A stretch of 19,353 bases of DNA from a virus (Duplodnaviria; Heunggongvirae; Uroviricota; Caudoviricetes): the IMG/VR virus record IMGVR_UViG_2690316316_000017, positions 1 through 19,353 of that record, one strand, 5' to 3'. A model generated the notes under the pieces. The model did no database searches, was not told the origin of the DNA, and was given only the letters and a program-made list of their open reading frames with translations. Position numbers and translations under genes: made by a program. Positions 7,387 through 15,000 of the stretch are shown here, one piece after another. The first letter of the stretch is position 1. Each line of letters starts with the position of its first letter.

Positions 7387-7478
7387 TAAGCCCCCACGTA
7401 AAAAGCATCCGCAATGTCTCCGGAAGTACAGCCCGGATGGGCTTCAATGAATTTCTGAACGTCATTTAACAGACTCAT
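7386..7478 (-). CDS. possible 30-aa small protein, translationally coupled on both sides
   Basis: Hand translation: ATG at 7478 preceded by AGGGGGTGA, product MSLLNDVQKFIEAHPGCTSGDIADAFYVGA. Its TAA overlaps the MTase ATG (TAATG) and its start lies 5 nt after the replication-gene stop. Not in the ORF track. Confidence 0.3.
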   Translation of the reverse strand: MSLLNDVQKFIEAHPGCTSGDIADAFYVGA

Positions 7479-7480
7479 GA

Positions 7481-8473
7481 TCACCCCCTGAATCCTGCCG
7501 GGATCTGGCTGTAGTCCACGTTGTCGTAACTGGCTTTGAAGTACGGGTCTTCACGTTTTTCTGTGTGCGTGCTGACGGACGGCGATAAGCGCAGGGAAAG
7601 CTCATCCCATTTTTCCCGCAACTTCGACGGGCTGAGCACGTTACGGCACCAGAACGGATCGCGGCTGACGCGGCTGTACATCTCGCAGATTTGTTTGTGA
7701 GTACGACCATCCTGCACACACATCAGGCGAATTTCGTTTGCCCATGCTGTCCAGTTCGGTTCTTTGGGACGAACCACCTCGCCGTCACATTCGGCGGCCT
7801 GCTCGTACAGGGCGATGATTTTTTTCCAGAGCCACTGTGCGCAGGTCAAATCATCCTGCGTTCCCCACTGGCGCTTTTTAGGGCTGAATACAACCGCATC
7901 AGGATGGCGAGTTAAAAACTCCTGTTCAGCCGTTTGCGTGTCCGGTTGCGAAGCGTCCGGACGAGAAGAGGTTTTATTCTCTGTAGTAATCTCTGTTGTA
8001 TTCTCTGTAAGATCATTGGGCCATTTTGACCCGATGACAGCGTGTCGTTTTGAACCAATGGATCGTATCATTTTGCGCCCATCCATCAGGTCACTTTGAC
8101 CCGATGGAGAAGTGCATTTTGACCTGATGGATTCGTTCACTTTGACCTCTTCTAAAAGCTCACTTTCATAGTTGATCGTGTAGAAGTTGGTCATGTCACG
8201 CTTCGATTTATTGAGTTGCTCGCGACGCAAAACCCCAAGTGATTTCAGGCTTGCAAATGTGCGTTTCAGAGTGGACTCTGACCAGAACGGAAACTGCTCC
8301 AGCCACTGTTCTGTCGTGTTATAAACCCAGCGAATTCCGCCATGCTCAGTGCCTGAATTCGTTTCATTCAGCCAGTAATGAAGCTGCTGCAACACAATTG
8401 CCTCATTCAGACCAATACGGCATGCAAGATCACGATTTATCACAATGGGCTGGGATGTCATTAACAGGCTCAT
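7481..8473 (-). CDS. replication initiator protein (O-like, origin-binding) with internal iteron origin
   Basis: 330-aa ORF directly downstream of the cro operon. AGAGG 6 nt upstream of the ATG. Contains an iteron array inside the coding sequence, as lambda O contains ori. Family assignment is by position and architecture, not by recognised motif. Confidence 0.7.
   Translation of the reverse strand: MSLLMTSQPIVINRDLACRIGLNEAIVLQQLHYWLNETNSGTEHGGIRWVYNTTEQWLEQFPFWSESTLKRTFASLKSLGVLRREQLNKSKRDMTNFYTINYESELLEEVKVNESIRSKCTSPSGQSDLMDGRKMIRSIGSKRHAVIGSKWPNDLTENTTEITTENKTSSRPDASQPDTQTAEQEFLTRHPDAVVFSPKKRQWGTQDDLTCAQWLWKKIIALYEQAAECDGEVVRPKEPNWTAWANEIRLMCVQDGRTHKQICEMYSRVSRDPFWCRNVLSPSKLREKWDELSLRLSPSVSTHTEKREDPYFKASYDNVDYSQIPAGFRG
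8019..8150. repeat. iteron array (putative phage replication origin) inside the replication initiator gene
   Basis: Six direct repeats of about 17 bp, consensus TCAYTTTGACCYGATGG, at about 23-bp spacing (8021, 8046, 8068, 8091, 8114, 8137), flanked at 7975-8012 by the repetitive tract attctctgtagtaatctctgttgtattctctgtaag. Confidence 0.6.
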
Positions 8474-8642
8474 GACCGACCTCTATTTCCCTGAATTTAC
8501 GACGAAACTGTTCGAGCGGGCTGAAGCACTCATGCTCATAGCCTTCGCGGAGGTAGATAACCCGTTGTGTTTCCGGTTCCCAACGAATGACTCTGACGGG
8601 CACTCCGTAGTGATCTTTGAACCAGCGGTTAACTTGTCGCAA
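8430..8642 (-). CDS. hypothetical 70-aa protein (TTG start), overlaps the YmfM-like frame and the replication gene start
   Basis: Track ORF with a TTG start that has AAGGAG 8 nt upstream. Product is a balanced charged/hydrophobic sequence ([54 protein letters not shown]...). Overlaps 8483..8821 in another frame, so at most one frame is coding across 8483-8642. Confidence 0.3.
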   Translation of the reverse strand: MRQVNRWFKDHYGVPVRVIRWEPETQRVIYLREGYEHECFSPLEQFRRKFREIEVGHEPVNDIPAHCDKS

Positions 8643-8821
8643 AGGACTGTCTCCTTCTGCCGGTTGAAATCACCCACAGCCCACTCTGCAAAGCTGTGGG
8701 TTACAATTTCCCTGTCACCTGGTACATTTACTGCATAGCAATACTCCACCTTCGCTTTTCCACCCGGTACAGGAAGCGCAATCAGTTGCGAGCGACGGTA
8801 GTGTGTTGTTAAACTGTTCAT
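8483..8821 (-). CDS. YmfM-like protein (e14-type early gene), 112-aa ORF as drawn
   Basis: ATGA overlap with the upstream YmfL-like stop. Position and length match e14 ymfM as I recall it. The C-terminal 50 residues are low-complexity (S/A-rich) and overlap the better-looking TTG ORF, so the true 3' end is uncertain. Confidence 0.4.
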   Translation of the reverse strand: MNSLTTHYRRSQLIALPVPGGKAKVEYCYAVNVPGDREIVTHSFAEWAVGDFNRQKETVLCDKLTAGSKITTECPSESFVGNRKHNGLSTSAKAMSMSASARSNSFVVNSGK

Positions 8822-9402
8822 GCGTTAGTTTCTCCACAACCAGAAGCAATCGACGCCACGACGCCCGGAGCTGCACACTCGCGGGCGTTACTCTTTTCCG
8901 GCGCACAAAAAACACGAAATAACAGTGTTAAATGCTCCTGCCACTTCGCCATTACTTGGTAGCTGTTCTCTTCGATTTGCTCACGCTCAGCCTGGTCAAT
9001 AACTCCATCAGCAGTTGCCTTGCGTAAGTACTGGGAATGCTTGCCAATCCATTCTATTGACTCCATCAGCCGCTGATTAATGTCACCATTGTCAATGTCA
9101 TCAATGACCACCAGCGGCACAAACACCCCATTACTACGACGGGCTATTGCATCTGTTACATGCCTGGTACCACTGGCATCCTGTAAAACCATGGCCCACT
9201 CAAGTGGAAAAATTTGATCCCCACCGCTACGCAGTCTGTTATGCAATTGATCTTTTGCTGGGGTGATATCATCAGATTTATACAAACCAAGAATTTCTGC
9301 TGCTTCCTCATAGCCATGAGGTAAATCAGCAATCGTTCTTCGTATTGCTGCCACCAGCCATGCTGGTTGTTTATCAACTTTCCATTCAGGTTCTTTACCC
9401 AC
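8818..9402 (-). CDS. YmfL-like early protein (e14-type, putative regulatory), 194 aa, GTG start
   Basis: Long ORF directly downstream of cro. GTG at 9402 has GAGGAA 6 nt upstream. Size and position match e14 ymfL (recollection). Confidence 0.6.
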   Translation of the reverse strand: MGKEPEWKVDKQPAWLVAAIRRTIADLPHGYEEAAEILGLYKSDDITPAKDQLHNRLRSGGDQIFPLEWAMVLQDASGTRHVTDAIARRSNGVFVPLVVIDDIDNGDINQRLMESIEWIGKHSQYLRKATADGVIDQAEREQIEENSYQVMAKWQEHLTLLFRVFCAPEKSNARECAAPGVVASIASGCGETNA

Positions 9403-9429
9403 GGTTAATTCCTCATTTCTGTGGTGTTT

Positions 9430-9627
9430 TTATGCCGCAGCACTGTTAGTCTTTTGATATAAAGACACGTCAACTTTCAGTTTCCCGTTAGTAATTTTTT
9501 CTAACTGGTACGCTCGGCCTTCAGGAATAATCTCAGGCCACTCTGAAACAGACGGATGCTTAATACCTAGGGCTTCGGCGGTTTTACAAACTCCGCCGAA
9601 ATAATTAATCACGTCGGATTTCCGCAT
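9430..9627 (-). CDS. Cro-like HTH repressor, 65 aa
   Basis: Small ORF divergent from cI. GGGAGA 5 nt upstream of the ATG. HTH-like segment FGGVCKTAEALGIKHPSVSEW. Sits immediately downstream of the PR-like promoter and operator. Confidence 0.75.
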   Translation of the reverse strand: MRKSDVINYFGGVCKTAEALGIKHPSVSEWPEIIPEGRAYQLEKITNGKLKVDVSLYQKTNSAAA

Positions 9628-9654
9628 TTCTGTCTCCCGTTAAATTACGTTAAG

Positions 9655-9722
9655 CAGAAATGTAGGATATCCAACATGCCAATGTCAAGAATCCTACATG
9701 GGCATGTGGTAGGATTGCCTAC
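9655..9722. promoter_or_regulatory. OR-like operator/promoter region (PR for cro on the minus strand, PRM-like for cI on the plus strand)
   Basis: Operator TGTAGGATATCCAACATG (9661-9678) plus inverted half-site copies ATCCTACA (9691-9698) and GGTAGGATT (9709-9717). On the minus strand, TTGACA - 18 bp - TACATT with the operator in the spacer. cI ATG at 9723 has almost no leader. Confidence 0.6.
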
Positions 9723-10376
9723 ATGATGAACATGAGTGATCGTATTCGCCAAAGGCGAAAAGAACTGAACCTGACACAACAAGCACTGGCTGATTTGACT
9801 GGTGTGAACCGTGTCACGGTTACTGGATGGGAAAAGGACGACTACCAACCAAATGGAGCCAACCTTCAAGCCCTAGCCAACGCACTTAAATGCGATCCTC
9901 TGTGGCTTGTTAGCGGAAAAGGCTCGCCTGAACCAAAGATAAATCTAAAACCTGAAATATTCGCAGTTAAAAAAGTCCCCCTAATCTCGTGGGTTCAGGC
10001 GGGTTCATGGACAATGACGGAGCCTGGTGTCAGGAAAGAAGATGCTGAAGAGTGGGTTTATACTACCGCCCTTGTATCAGAAATGGCATTTGCACTACGG
10101 GTCCGTGGTGATTCAATGACCAATCCCCTCGGCTCACCATCGATACCAGAAGGTTCTATCGTTATCGTAGAGCCAGATATTATTGATACAGAGTGTATTA
10201 ACGGAAAAATCGTTGTTGCCCATATCAATGGTGGGCAAGAAGCGACACTCAAAAAATTTGTTGAGGACTGGCCGAACAGGTATCTCGTCCCACTAAATCC
10301 TAACTATAAAACTATTGAATGCGGTGAGAACTGCAGAATAGTTGGTCTTGTCAAACAAGTAATAATGGATTTTTGA
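9723..10376 (+). CDS. cI-type prophage repressor (HTH_XRE N-terminal domain plus LexA-like S24 autopeptidase domain)
   Basis: 217 aa. HTH LTQQALADLTGVNRVTVTGWE. Catalytic Ser in RVRGDSMTNP and Lys in GQEATLKKF, the Ser-Lys dyad of SOS-cleavable repressors. Divergent from cro. Confidence 0.9.
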   Translation: MMNMSDRIRQRRKELNLTQQALADLTGVNRVTVTGWEKDDYQPNGANLQALANALKCDPLWLVSGKGSPEPKINLKPEIFAVKKVPLISWVQAGSWTMTEPGVRKEDAEEWVYTTALVSEMAFALRVRGDSMTNPLGSPSIPEGSIVIVEPDIIDTECINGKIVVAHINGGQEATLKKFVEDWPNRYLVPLNPNYKTIECGENCRIVGLVKQVIMDF

Positions 10377-10396
10377 CACATCTTCCTCACTATCGC

Positions 10397-10422
10397 AAAA
10401 CCGGGGTATCCCCGGTTTTTTT
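10397..10422 (+). terminator. rho-independent terminator after cI
   Basis: AAAACCGGGG-TAT-CCCCGG-TTTTTTT beginning 21 nt after the cI stop. Confidence 0.7.
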
Positions 10423-10439
10423 ATGAGCCTATCTTTTTA

Positions 10440-10495
10440 TGTAGGATAACCAACATAAACTCTTGACACTCACATGTTGGATATCCTACATTTGT
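10440..10495 (+). promoter_or_regulatory. OL/PL-like operator-promoter module driving the plus-strand early operon
   Basis: TGTAGGATAACCAACAT (10440-10456) and inverted ACATGTTGGATATCCTACA (10472-10490) bracket TTGACA (10463-10468); -10 candidate TACATT (10487-10492) with 18-bp spacer. Almost identical to the PR module. Confidence 0.6.
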
Positions 10496-10650
10496 TTTTA
10501 GAGTTGTGGTGAATGCGCAGGCTGATGCGCGAAAGACATTGCAGCTATTGCGGAAAAGAGCTGTTCGGCGGGGCAATTAAACGCCCGTGAGAGTCTGAAA
10601 TAACCGCAAGCCGGAGATCAGCACCGGTCACCACAACAGCCACTGCTTTG

Positions 10651-10698
10651 GCGGTACCAGTTTGTACACTTGCTTCCGGCTGGTACCGCTCTTTTTAC
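10651..10698 (+). terminator. terminator-like hairpin in the PL leader, followed by a boxA-like motif
   Basis: GCGGTACCAG - 19 nt - CTGGTACCGC (perfect 10-bp arms) followed by TCTTTTT. The T-tract is part of GCTCTTTTTACAA, which resembles the boxA consensus. Confidence 0.4.
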
Positions 10699-10833
10699 AA
10701 AACAGAGAAGAGCATCACCGGACGACGGGCTCATAACCCAATCCATCCGGGCGGCTGCCACCGCAGGTGTTCTTCTCTGTTTTGTGGAGAAACCAACCGA
10801 CCTTACAGGGTCGATATGATGAGGAGCAGCAAA

Positions 10834-11196
10834 ATGGCTAGCGAACGCAGTACTGATGTGCAGGCATTTATCGGGGAGCTGGACGGCGGCGTATTTGAAA
10901 CCAAAATCGGCGCTGTTCTCAGTGAAGTCGCTTCCGGTGTGATGAACACGAAAACCAAAGGTAAGGTCTCGCTCAACCTGGAAATCGAACCGTTTGATGA
11001 GAACCGTGTGAAAATCAAACACAAACTCTCATATGTTCGCCCGACTAACCGCGGGAAAATTTCTGAAGAAGACACCACCGAAACGCCGATGTATGTCAAT
11101 CGCGGTGGTCGCCTGACTATTCTGCAGGAAGACCAGGGACAATTACTGACTCTTGCCGGTGAACCTGACGGAAAACTCCGCGCAGCAGGTCATTAA
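10834..11196 (+). CDS. hypothetical early protein, 120 aa (YfdP-like by position and size)
   Basis: Track ORF 10648..11196 trimmed to the ATG at 10834 (MASERSTDVQ...), which has GAGGAG 7 nt upstream. First gene after a 330-nt leader. Size matches K-12 yfdP from memory. Confidence 0.55.
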   Translation: MASERSTDVQAFIGELDGGVFETKIGAVLSEVASGVMNTKTKGKVSLNLEIEPFDENRVKIKHKLSYVRPTNRGKISEEDTTETPMYVNRGGRLTILQEDQGQLLTLAGEPDGKLRAAGH

Positions 11197-11261
11197 TATC
11201 GTTCTTAATTAACTGATTATTTATCTCATCACTGAATATCTTTATATAGTGAGGACTTATT

Positions 11262-12086
11262 ATGTCTCAGAACTTAGACGCAACCGCAATTAATCAAATC
11301 CATGCCCTTATTTCTGCTCAGGGTGTTAATGAAATTATCAGTAAGATTGGTGCCGATGCTGTGGCATTGCCTGAGAATTTCCGCATTCATGATCTGGAAA
11401 AATTTAATTTAAATCGCTTCCGTTTCCGTGGTGCGCTTTCCACTGCCAGTATCGATGACTTTACCCGTTATTCTAAAGATCTTGCAGATGAAGGCACCCG
11501 CTGCTTTATCGATGCCGATAATATGCGTGCCGTCAGTGTGCTTAACCTGGGTACTATTGATGAACCAGGTCACGCAGATAACACCGCCACTCTCAAACTG
11601 AAAAAGACAGCACCGTTCTCTGCCCTGTTGTCTGTTAACGGCGAGCGTAACTCCCAGAAATCACTGGCAGAATGGATTGAAGACTGGGCCGACTACCTTG
11701 TGGGCTTTGATGCTAATGGTGACGCCATTCAGGCAACAAAAGCGGCGGCGGCAATCCGTAAAATCACGATTGAAGCAAACCAGACCGCTGATTTTGAAGA
11801 TAATGACTTCAGCGGCAAACGCTCCCTGATGGAATCTGTCGAAGCGAAGACCAAAGACATTATGCCAGTGGCATTTGAATTTAAATGCGTTCCATTTGAA
11901 GGCCTGAAAGAACGTCCGTTTAAATTACGACTCAGCATTATCACTGGCGATCGTCCTGTACTGGTTCTGCGCATTATTCAGCTGGAAGCGGTGCAGGAAG
12001 AAATGGCTAACGAATTTCGTGATCTGCTTGTTGAGAAATTCAAAGACAGCAAAGTAGAAACCTTTATTGGTACTTTCACCGCCTGA
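11262..12086 (+). CDS. yfdQ: YfdQ-like protein (DUF2303 family), 274 aa
   Basis: GAGGA 6 nt upstream of the ATG. Length equals K-12 yfdQ as I recall it and it sits directly upstream of an HD-domain gene, the KplE1 yfdQ-yfdR arrangement. Symbol is by synteny and size, not alignment. Confidence 0.55.
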   Translation: MSQNLDATAINQIHALISAQGVNEIISKIGADAVALPENFRIHDLEKFNLNRFRFRGALSTASIDDFTRYSKDLADEGTRCFIDADNMRAVSVLNLGTIDEPGHADNTATLKLKKTAPFSALLSVNGERNSQKSLAEWIEDWADYLVGFDANGDAIQATKAAAAIRKITIEANQTADFEDNDFSGKRSLMESVEAKTKDIMPVAFEFKCVPFEGLKERPFKLRLSIITGDRPVLVLRIIQLEAVQEEMANEFRDLLVEKFKDSKVETFIGTFTA

Positions 12087-12098
12087 TTTCATTACTGC

Positions 12099-12122
12099 AA
12101 ATGCCCCTGCGGGGGCATTTAT
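12099..12122 (+). terminator. intra-operon hairpin (possible attenuator/weak terminator) after the yfdQ-like gene
   Basis: ATGCCCC-TGCG-GGGGCAT (7-bp GC-rich stem) followed by TTTAT; the T-tract is short. Confidence 0.35.
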
Positions 12123-12214
12123 GGAAACGTAATTAACTCAATAATCACCGGATGGTGAGGGCTTCCTTTTACCAGAATTCAGTGCGGTGCAGCGCAAATA
12201 ACGTGGAGAACAAA

Positions 12215-12751
12215 ATGTCATTTATTAAAACTTTTTCTGGGAAGCATTTTTATTATGACAGGATAAATAAAGACGACATCGTTATTAACGATATCGCGGT
12301 TTCCCTTTCAAATATCTGTCGCTTTGCAGGACATCTTTCACACTTCTACAGCGTCGCCCAACATGCGGTTCTTTGCAGCCAACTGGTACCGCAGGAATTT
12401 GCTTTTGAAGCGTTAATGCATGATGCAACAGAAGCATATTGCCAGGACATCCCCGCACCACTGAAACGCCTTCTTCCTGACTATAAACGGATGGAAGAAA
12501 AAATAGACGCCGTAATCCGTGAGAAATACGGGTTACCTCCTGTTATGAGCACGCCAGTGAAATATGCCGATCTCATTATGCTGGCAACCGAACGCCGCGA
12601 TCTCGGGCTTGATGATGGCTCTTTCTGGCCTGTACTGGAAGGTATCCCGGCGACAGAGATGTTCAAAGTTATTCCACTGTCACCAGGCCATGCCTACGGG
12701 ATGTTTATGGAACGTTTTAACGAGTTATCGGAGTTACGCAAATGCGCATGA
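12215..12751 (+). CDS. yfdR: HD-domain phosphohydrolase, YfdR-like 5'-deoxynucleotidase, 178 aa
   Basis: Track ORF trimmed to the ATG at 12215, which has GGAGA 5 nt upstream. HD metal-binding motifs H (SVAQHAV) and HD (ALMHDATEAY). Length equals K-12 yfdR (recollection). Confidence 0.7.
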   Translation: MSFIKTFSGKHFYYDRINKDDIVINDIAVSLSNICRFAGHLSHFYSVAQHAVLCSQLVPQEFAFEALMHDATEAYCQDIPAPLKRLLPDYKRMEEKIDAVIREKYGLPPVMSTPVKYADLIMLATERRDLGLDDGSFWPVLEGIPATEMFKVIPLSPGHAYGMFMERFNELSELRKCA

Positions 12752-13104
12752 ATGTTTTCGAAATGGAAGGGGTTCTTCGCGGGAAATGTGTACCGCGAGA
12801 TCTGAAAGTGAACGAAACAAATGCTGAGTACCTGGTACGTAAATTCGATGCGCTTGAAGCTAAATGTGCGGCACTGGAAAACAAAATAATACCAGTGTCA
12901 GTTGAACTGCCACCAGCAAATGAAAGTGTTCTGTTATTTGATGCTAACGGAGAAGGCTGGCTAATTGGCTGGCGTTCTCTCTGGTACACCTGGGGACAAA
13001 AAGAAACCGGAGAATGGCAGTGGACATTTCAGGTCGGGGACCTTGAAAACGTCAATATCACTCACTGGGCAGTAATGCCGAAAGCACCGGAGAATAAGAA
13101 ATGA
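12742..13104 (+). CDS. YfdS-like protein with DUF551-like C-terminal region, 120 aa
   Basis: GGAG 8 nt upstream of the ATG. C-terminal W-rich block GEGWLIGWRSLWYTWGQKETGEWQW...THWAVMP resembles the C-terminus of the 396-aa protein at 15001..16191. Confidence 0.6.
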   Translation: MRMNVFEMEGVLRGKCVPRDLKVNETNAEYLVRKFDALEAKCAALENKIIPVSVELPPANESVLLFDANGEGWLIGWRSLWYTWGQKETGEWQWTFQVGDLENVNITHWAVMPKAPENKK

Positions 13105-13304
13105 GCGTGATAAAAACTCATACAGGAATTGTTATCACCCGAGACGGTCCGCAGGTAAAAAAACTGCACCAGACAAAGCGGATGTGGGTCGTCGGAAAAA
13201 ACGAGTTTTACCACAAAGAAACCGGACGCCGCCACTTTGCAGAAAATACGCGCCGCCGACTGCTGATCGACAGCATCAAGCCTATCGAGGTGATGCATGT
13301 TTAA
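13101..13304 (+). CDS. hypothetical small basic protein, 67 aa
   Basis: ATGA overlap with the upstream stop; GGAGA 7 nt upstream of the ATG. Confidence 0.5.
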   Translation: MSVIKTHTGIVITRDGPQVKKLHQTKRMWVVGKNEFYHKETGRRHFAENTRRRLLIDSIKPIEVMHV

Positions 13305-13536
13305 CCAGAACGAAAAATCTATCGCTCAAATTGCTGAGTATATCCCACGTGCGTGCCGGGGTATGCAGTTGCAGGAAGCCAAAGCGCGCCTGGAGAAAAA
13401 AATTGCGCTCTATATCGATGACGGCTGTGATGCTGCCGTTCTTAACGCAGCGTTCGCGCCAGCTCTTAACAGTCATACGCGGGAGTCTTTTTTTTCGCGC
13501 ATCGCAGCGCAGATCCGTAAAGGAGGCAACCAGTGA
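13297..13536 (+). CDS. hypothetical protein, 79 aa
   Basis: ATG with GAGGTG upstream; overlaps the upstream stop by 8 nt and the next gene by GTGA. Confidence 0.5.
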   Translation: MFNQNEKSIAQIAEYIPRACRGMQLQEAKARLEKKIALYIDDGCDAAVLNAAFAPALNSHTRESFFSRIAAQIRKGGNQ

Positions 13537-14231
13537 GCGAGATTAACTATCAGGCTCTGCGACTGGCGGCAGAAAATGCAACACCAGGCGAATGGTGTGC
13601 TGATGACTACCATGGAGTAATTGCCGATGCCGGACTGAACGCCAATTACTACATAGCATCATGCTCAGGACCGGATAATCGCTCCAATAAACGATTCATA
13701 GCCGCAGCCAATCCGGCTACCGTGCTGGCACTGCTGGATGAGAACGAAAGCATGTGCCGCGACCTCATTGCTCGCAATGGTGAGATTGAAGGGCTTCGAA
13801 AACTGGTTGCTGAACTTGAGGAGACAAAATCAAAACTCAACGAGCAGCGTGAATATTACGAAGGTGTTATCTCGGATGGAAGTAAGCGTATTGCTGAACT
13901 GGAGAAAAGCGAAGAGCAACTCATCAGCGAGCGTGATCATGCTGAGTCTGCTTTAGCTGATATGTATTTTGCAGCAACCGGGGATAGGCCGGAGTGGAGC
14001 AACTTGTTCGGCTTTTCAGATGCTGTAGATGCCGTGGTTGACAGAATTGCTGATTTAGAAGCTAAACAGCCATCGCCAGTAGTACCGGAAGGACTGATTA
14101 AAGCGGTGCGTTTTTATGAGCAGGTAAAACGTGAGAACCCGCCAGTCGAAACCGGAGCATGGAAAGACGCTGTTGACTGGGTGCTCAAAGAGGCTTGCCC
14201 GGCTGTAAACATTGGCATCAAAGGAGAGTGA
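13533..14231 (+). CDS. Ea22-like coiled-coil early protein, 232 aa (GTG start)
   Basis: GTG at 13533 has AAGGAGG 6 nt upstream. N-terminus MSEINYQALRLAAENATPGEW resembles ead/Ea22-like proteins (recollection). Central region is heptad-like and charged. Confidence 0.55.
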   Translation: MSEINYQALRLAAENATPGEWCADDYHGVIADAGLNANYYIASCSGPDNRSNKRFIAAANPATVLALLDENESMCRDLIARNGEIEGLRKLVAELEETKSKLNEQREYYEGVISDGSKRIAELEKSEEQLISERDHAESALADMYFAATGDRPEWSNLFGFSDAVDAVVDRIADLEAKQPSPVVPEGLIKAVRFYEQVKRENPPVETGAWKDAVDWVLKEACPAVNIGIKGE

Positions 14232-14233
14232 GA

Positions 14234-14725
14234 GTGCAGATTTCACCGGTTACTCTTCGTGTTGCGAAGGCGTTTATATCCAGACATCACCGACACAATA
14301 AACCCCCGGTGGGGCATAAATTCAGCATTGGTCTGAGAAATGATGCCGGAGAATTGATAGGTGTGGCGACAGCCGGTAGACCTGTTGCACGACATTTGGA
14401 CGATGGATTAACGCTTGAAGTAAATCGCACATGTACCACAGGAGAACGCAACGCTAACAGCGCGCTTTATGGTGCTGTCTGGCGGGCAGCAAAGGCTATG
14501 GGTTATCAACGTTGTATTACGTACACCCAGGCAGATGAATCAGGAGCATCTCTTCGCGCAGTTGGTTTTGTTCGTGTGAAAGAGCTTCCTCCAAGAAAAA
14601 GCTGGGCGGAATCAAGCGTCGCCCTGCGGAGTAAACGCGATCCGGTCGGAAACGGTGGTGTTCCTCGTGTGCTCTGGGAAATCAGGAGAATGAGTACCAC
14701 TGGCATTCGCATCAAAGGAGAGTGA
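14234..14725 (+). CDS. hypothetical protein, about 163 aa (GTG start)
   Basis: Track ORF 14195..14725 trimmed to GTG 14234, which has AAGGAG 7 nt upstream inside the 17-bp junction repeat. Ends with ...IRIKGE, as the previous gene ends with ...IGIKGE. Confidence 0.5.
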   Translation: MQISPVTLRVAKAFISRHHRHNKPPVGHKFSIGLRNDAGELIGVATAGRPVARHLDDGLTLEVNRTCTTGERNANSALYGAVWRAAKAMGYQRCITYTQADESGASLRAVGFVRVKELPPRKSWAESSVALRSKRDPVGNGGVPRVLWEIRRMSTTGIRIKGE

Positions 14726-14726
14726 T

Positions 14727-14990
14727 ATGGCAACTTTGACAAAAAAGGAACAGGCATGGTTGAGCGAATTACAGAACGTTCTTGATCGCTGCCCGTCACC
14801 GAAAAAAATTGGTTTTTACACCATTGGCGATAAAAACATTTACCTGTATGACCTACGCCGCATGGATGAAATCATGGAGGCTCTTGATAATCGTTCGTCA
14901 ATGGATTGGTGTGTTGCTGTCCATGATATGAATGCCGGATTTGAAGAAAAGATTTTGTTCCCCTCGTCAGTTGAAAGCACAGCGGGTTAA
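14727..14990 (+). CDS. hypothetical protein, 87 aa
   Basis: ATG 1 nt after the upstream stop, with the SD supplied by the junction repeat. Confidence 0.55.
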   Translation: MATLTKKEQAWLSELQNVLDRCPSPKKIGFYTIGDKNIYLYDLRRMDEIMEALDNRSSMDWCVAVHDMNAGFEEKILFPSSVESTAG

Positions 14991-15000
14991 GGAGTAACAC

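Noticed and set aside
4464-7389. Plus-strand and alternate-frame ORFs across the minus-strand nin-like region (4464..4808, 4768..5040, 5171..5428, 5572..5784, 6039..6311, 6660..6980, 6670..7170, 7065..7265, 7177..7389)
   Set aside because: All overlap tightly packed, translationally coupled minus-strand genes (Q, DUF968, KilA-N, RusA, Dam MTase) with recognisable motifs; most likely frame artefacts.
7462-9869. ORFs 7462..7719, 7691..7915, 7764..8099, 8239..8475, 8445..8738, 8715..8915, 9156..9377 and 9645..9869
   Set aside because: Embedded in or antisense to the replication initiator, the YmfL-like gene or cI. 9645..9869 would run through the operator region into the cI start. None has a credible SD or protein-like composition. 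The exception, the TTG ORF 8430..8642, is kept as a low-confidence feature.
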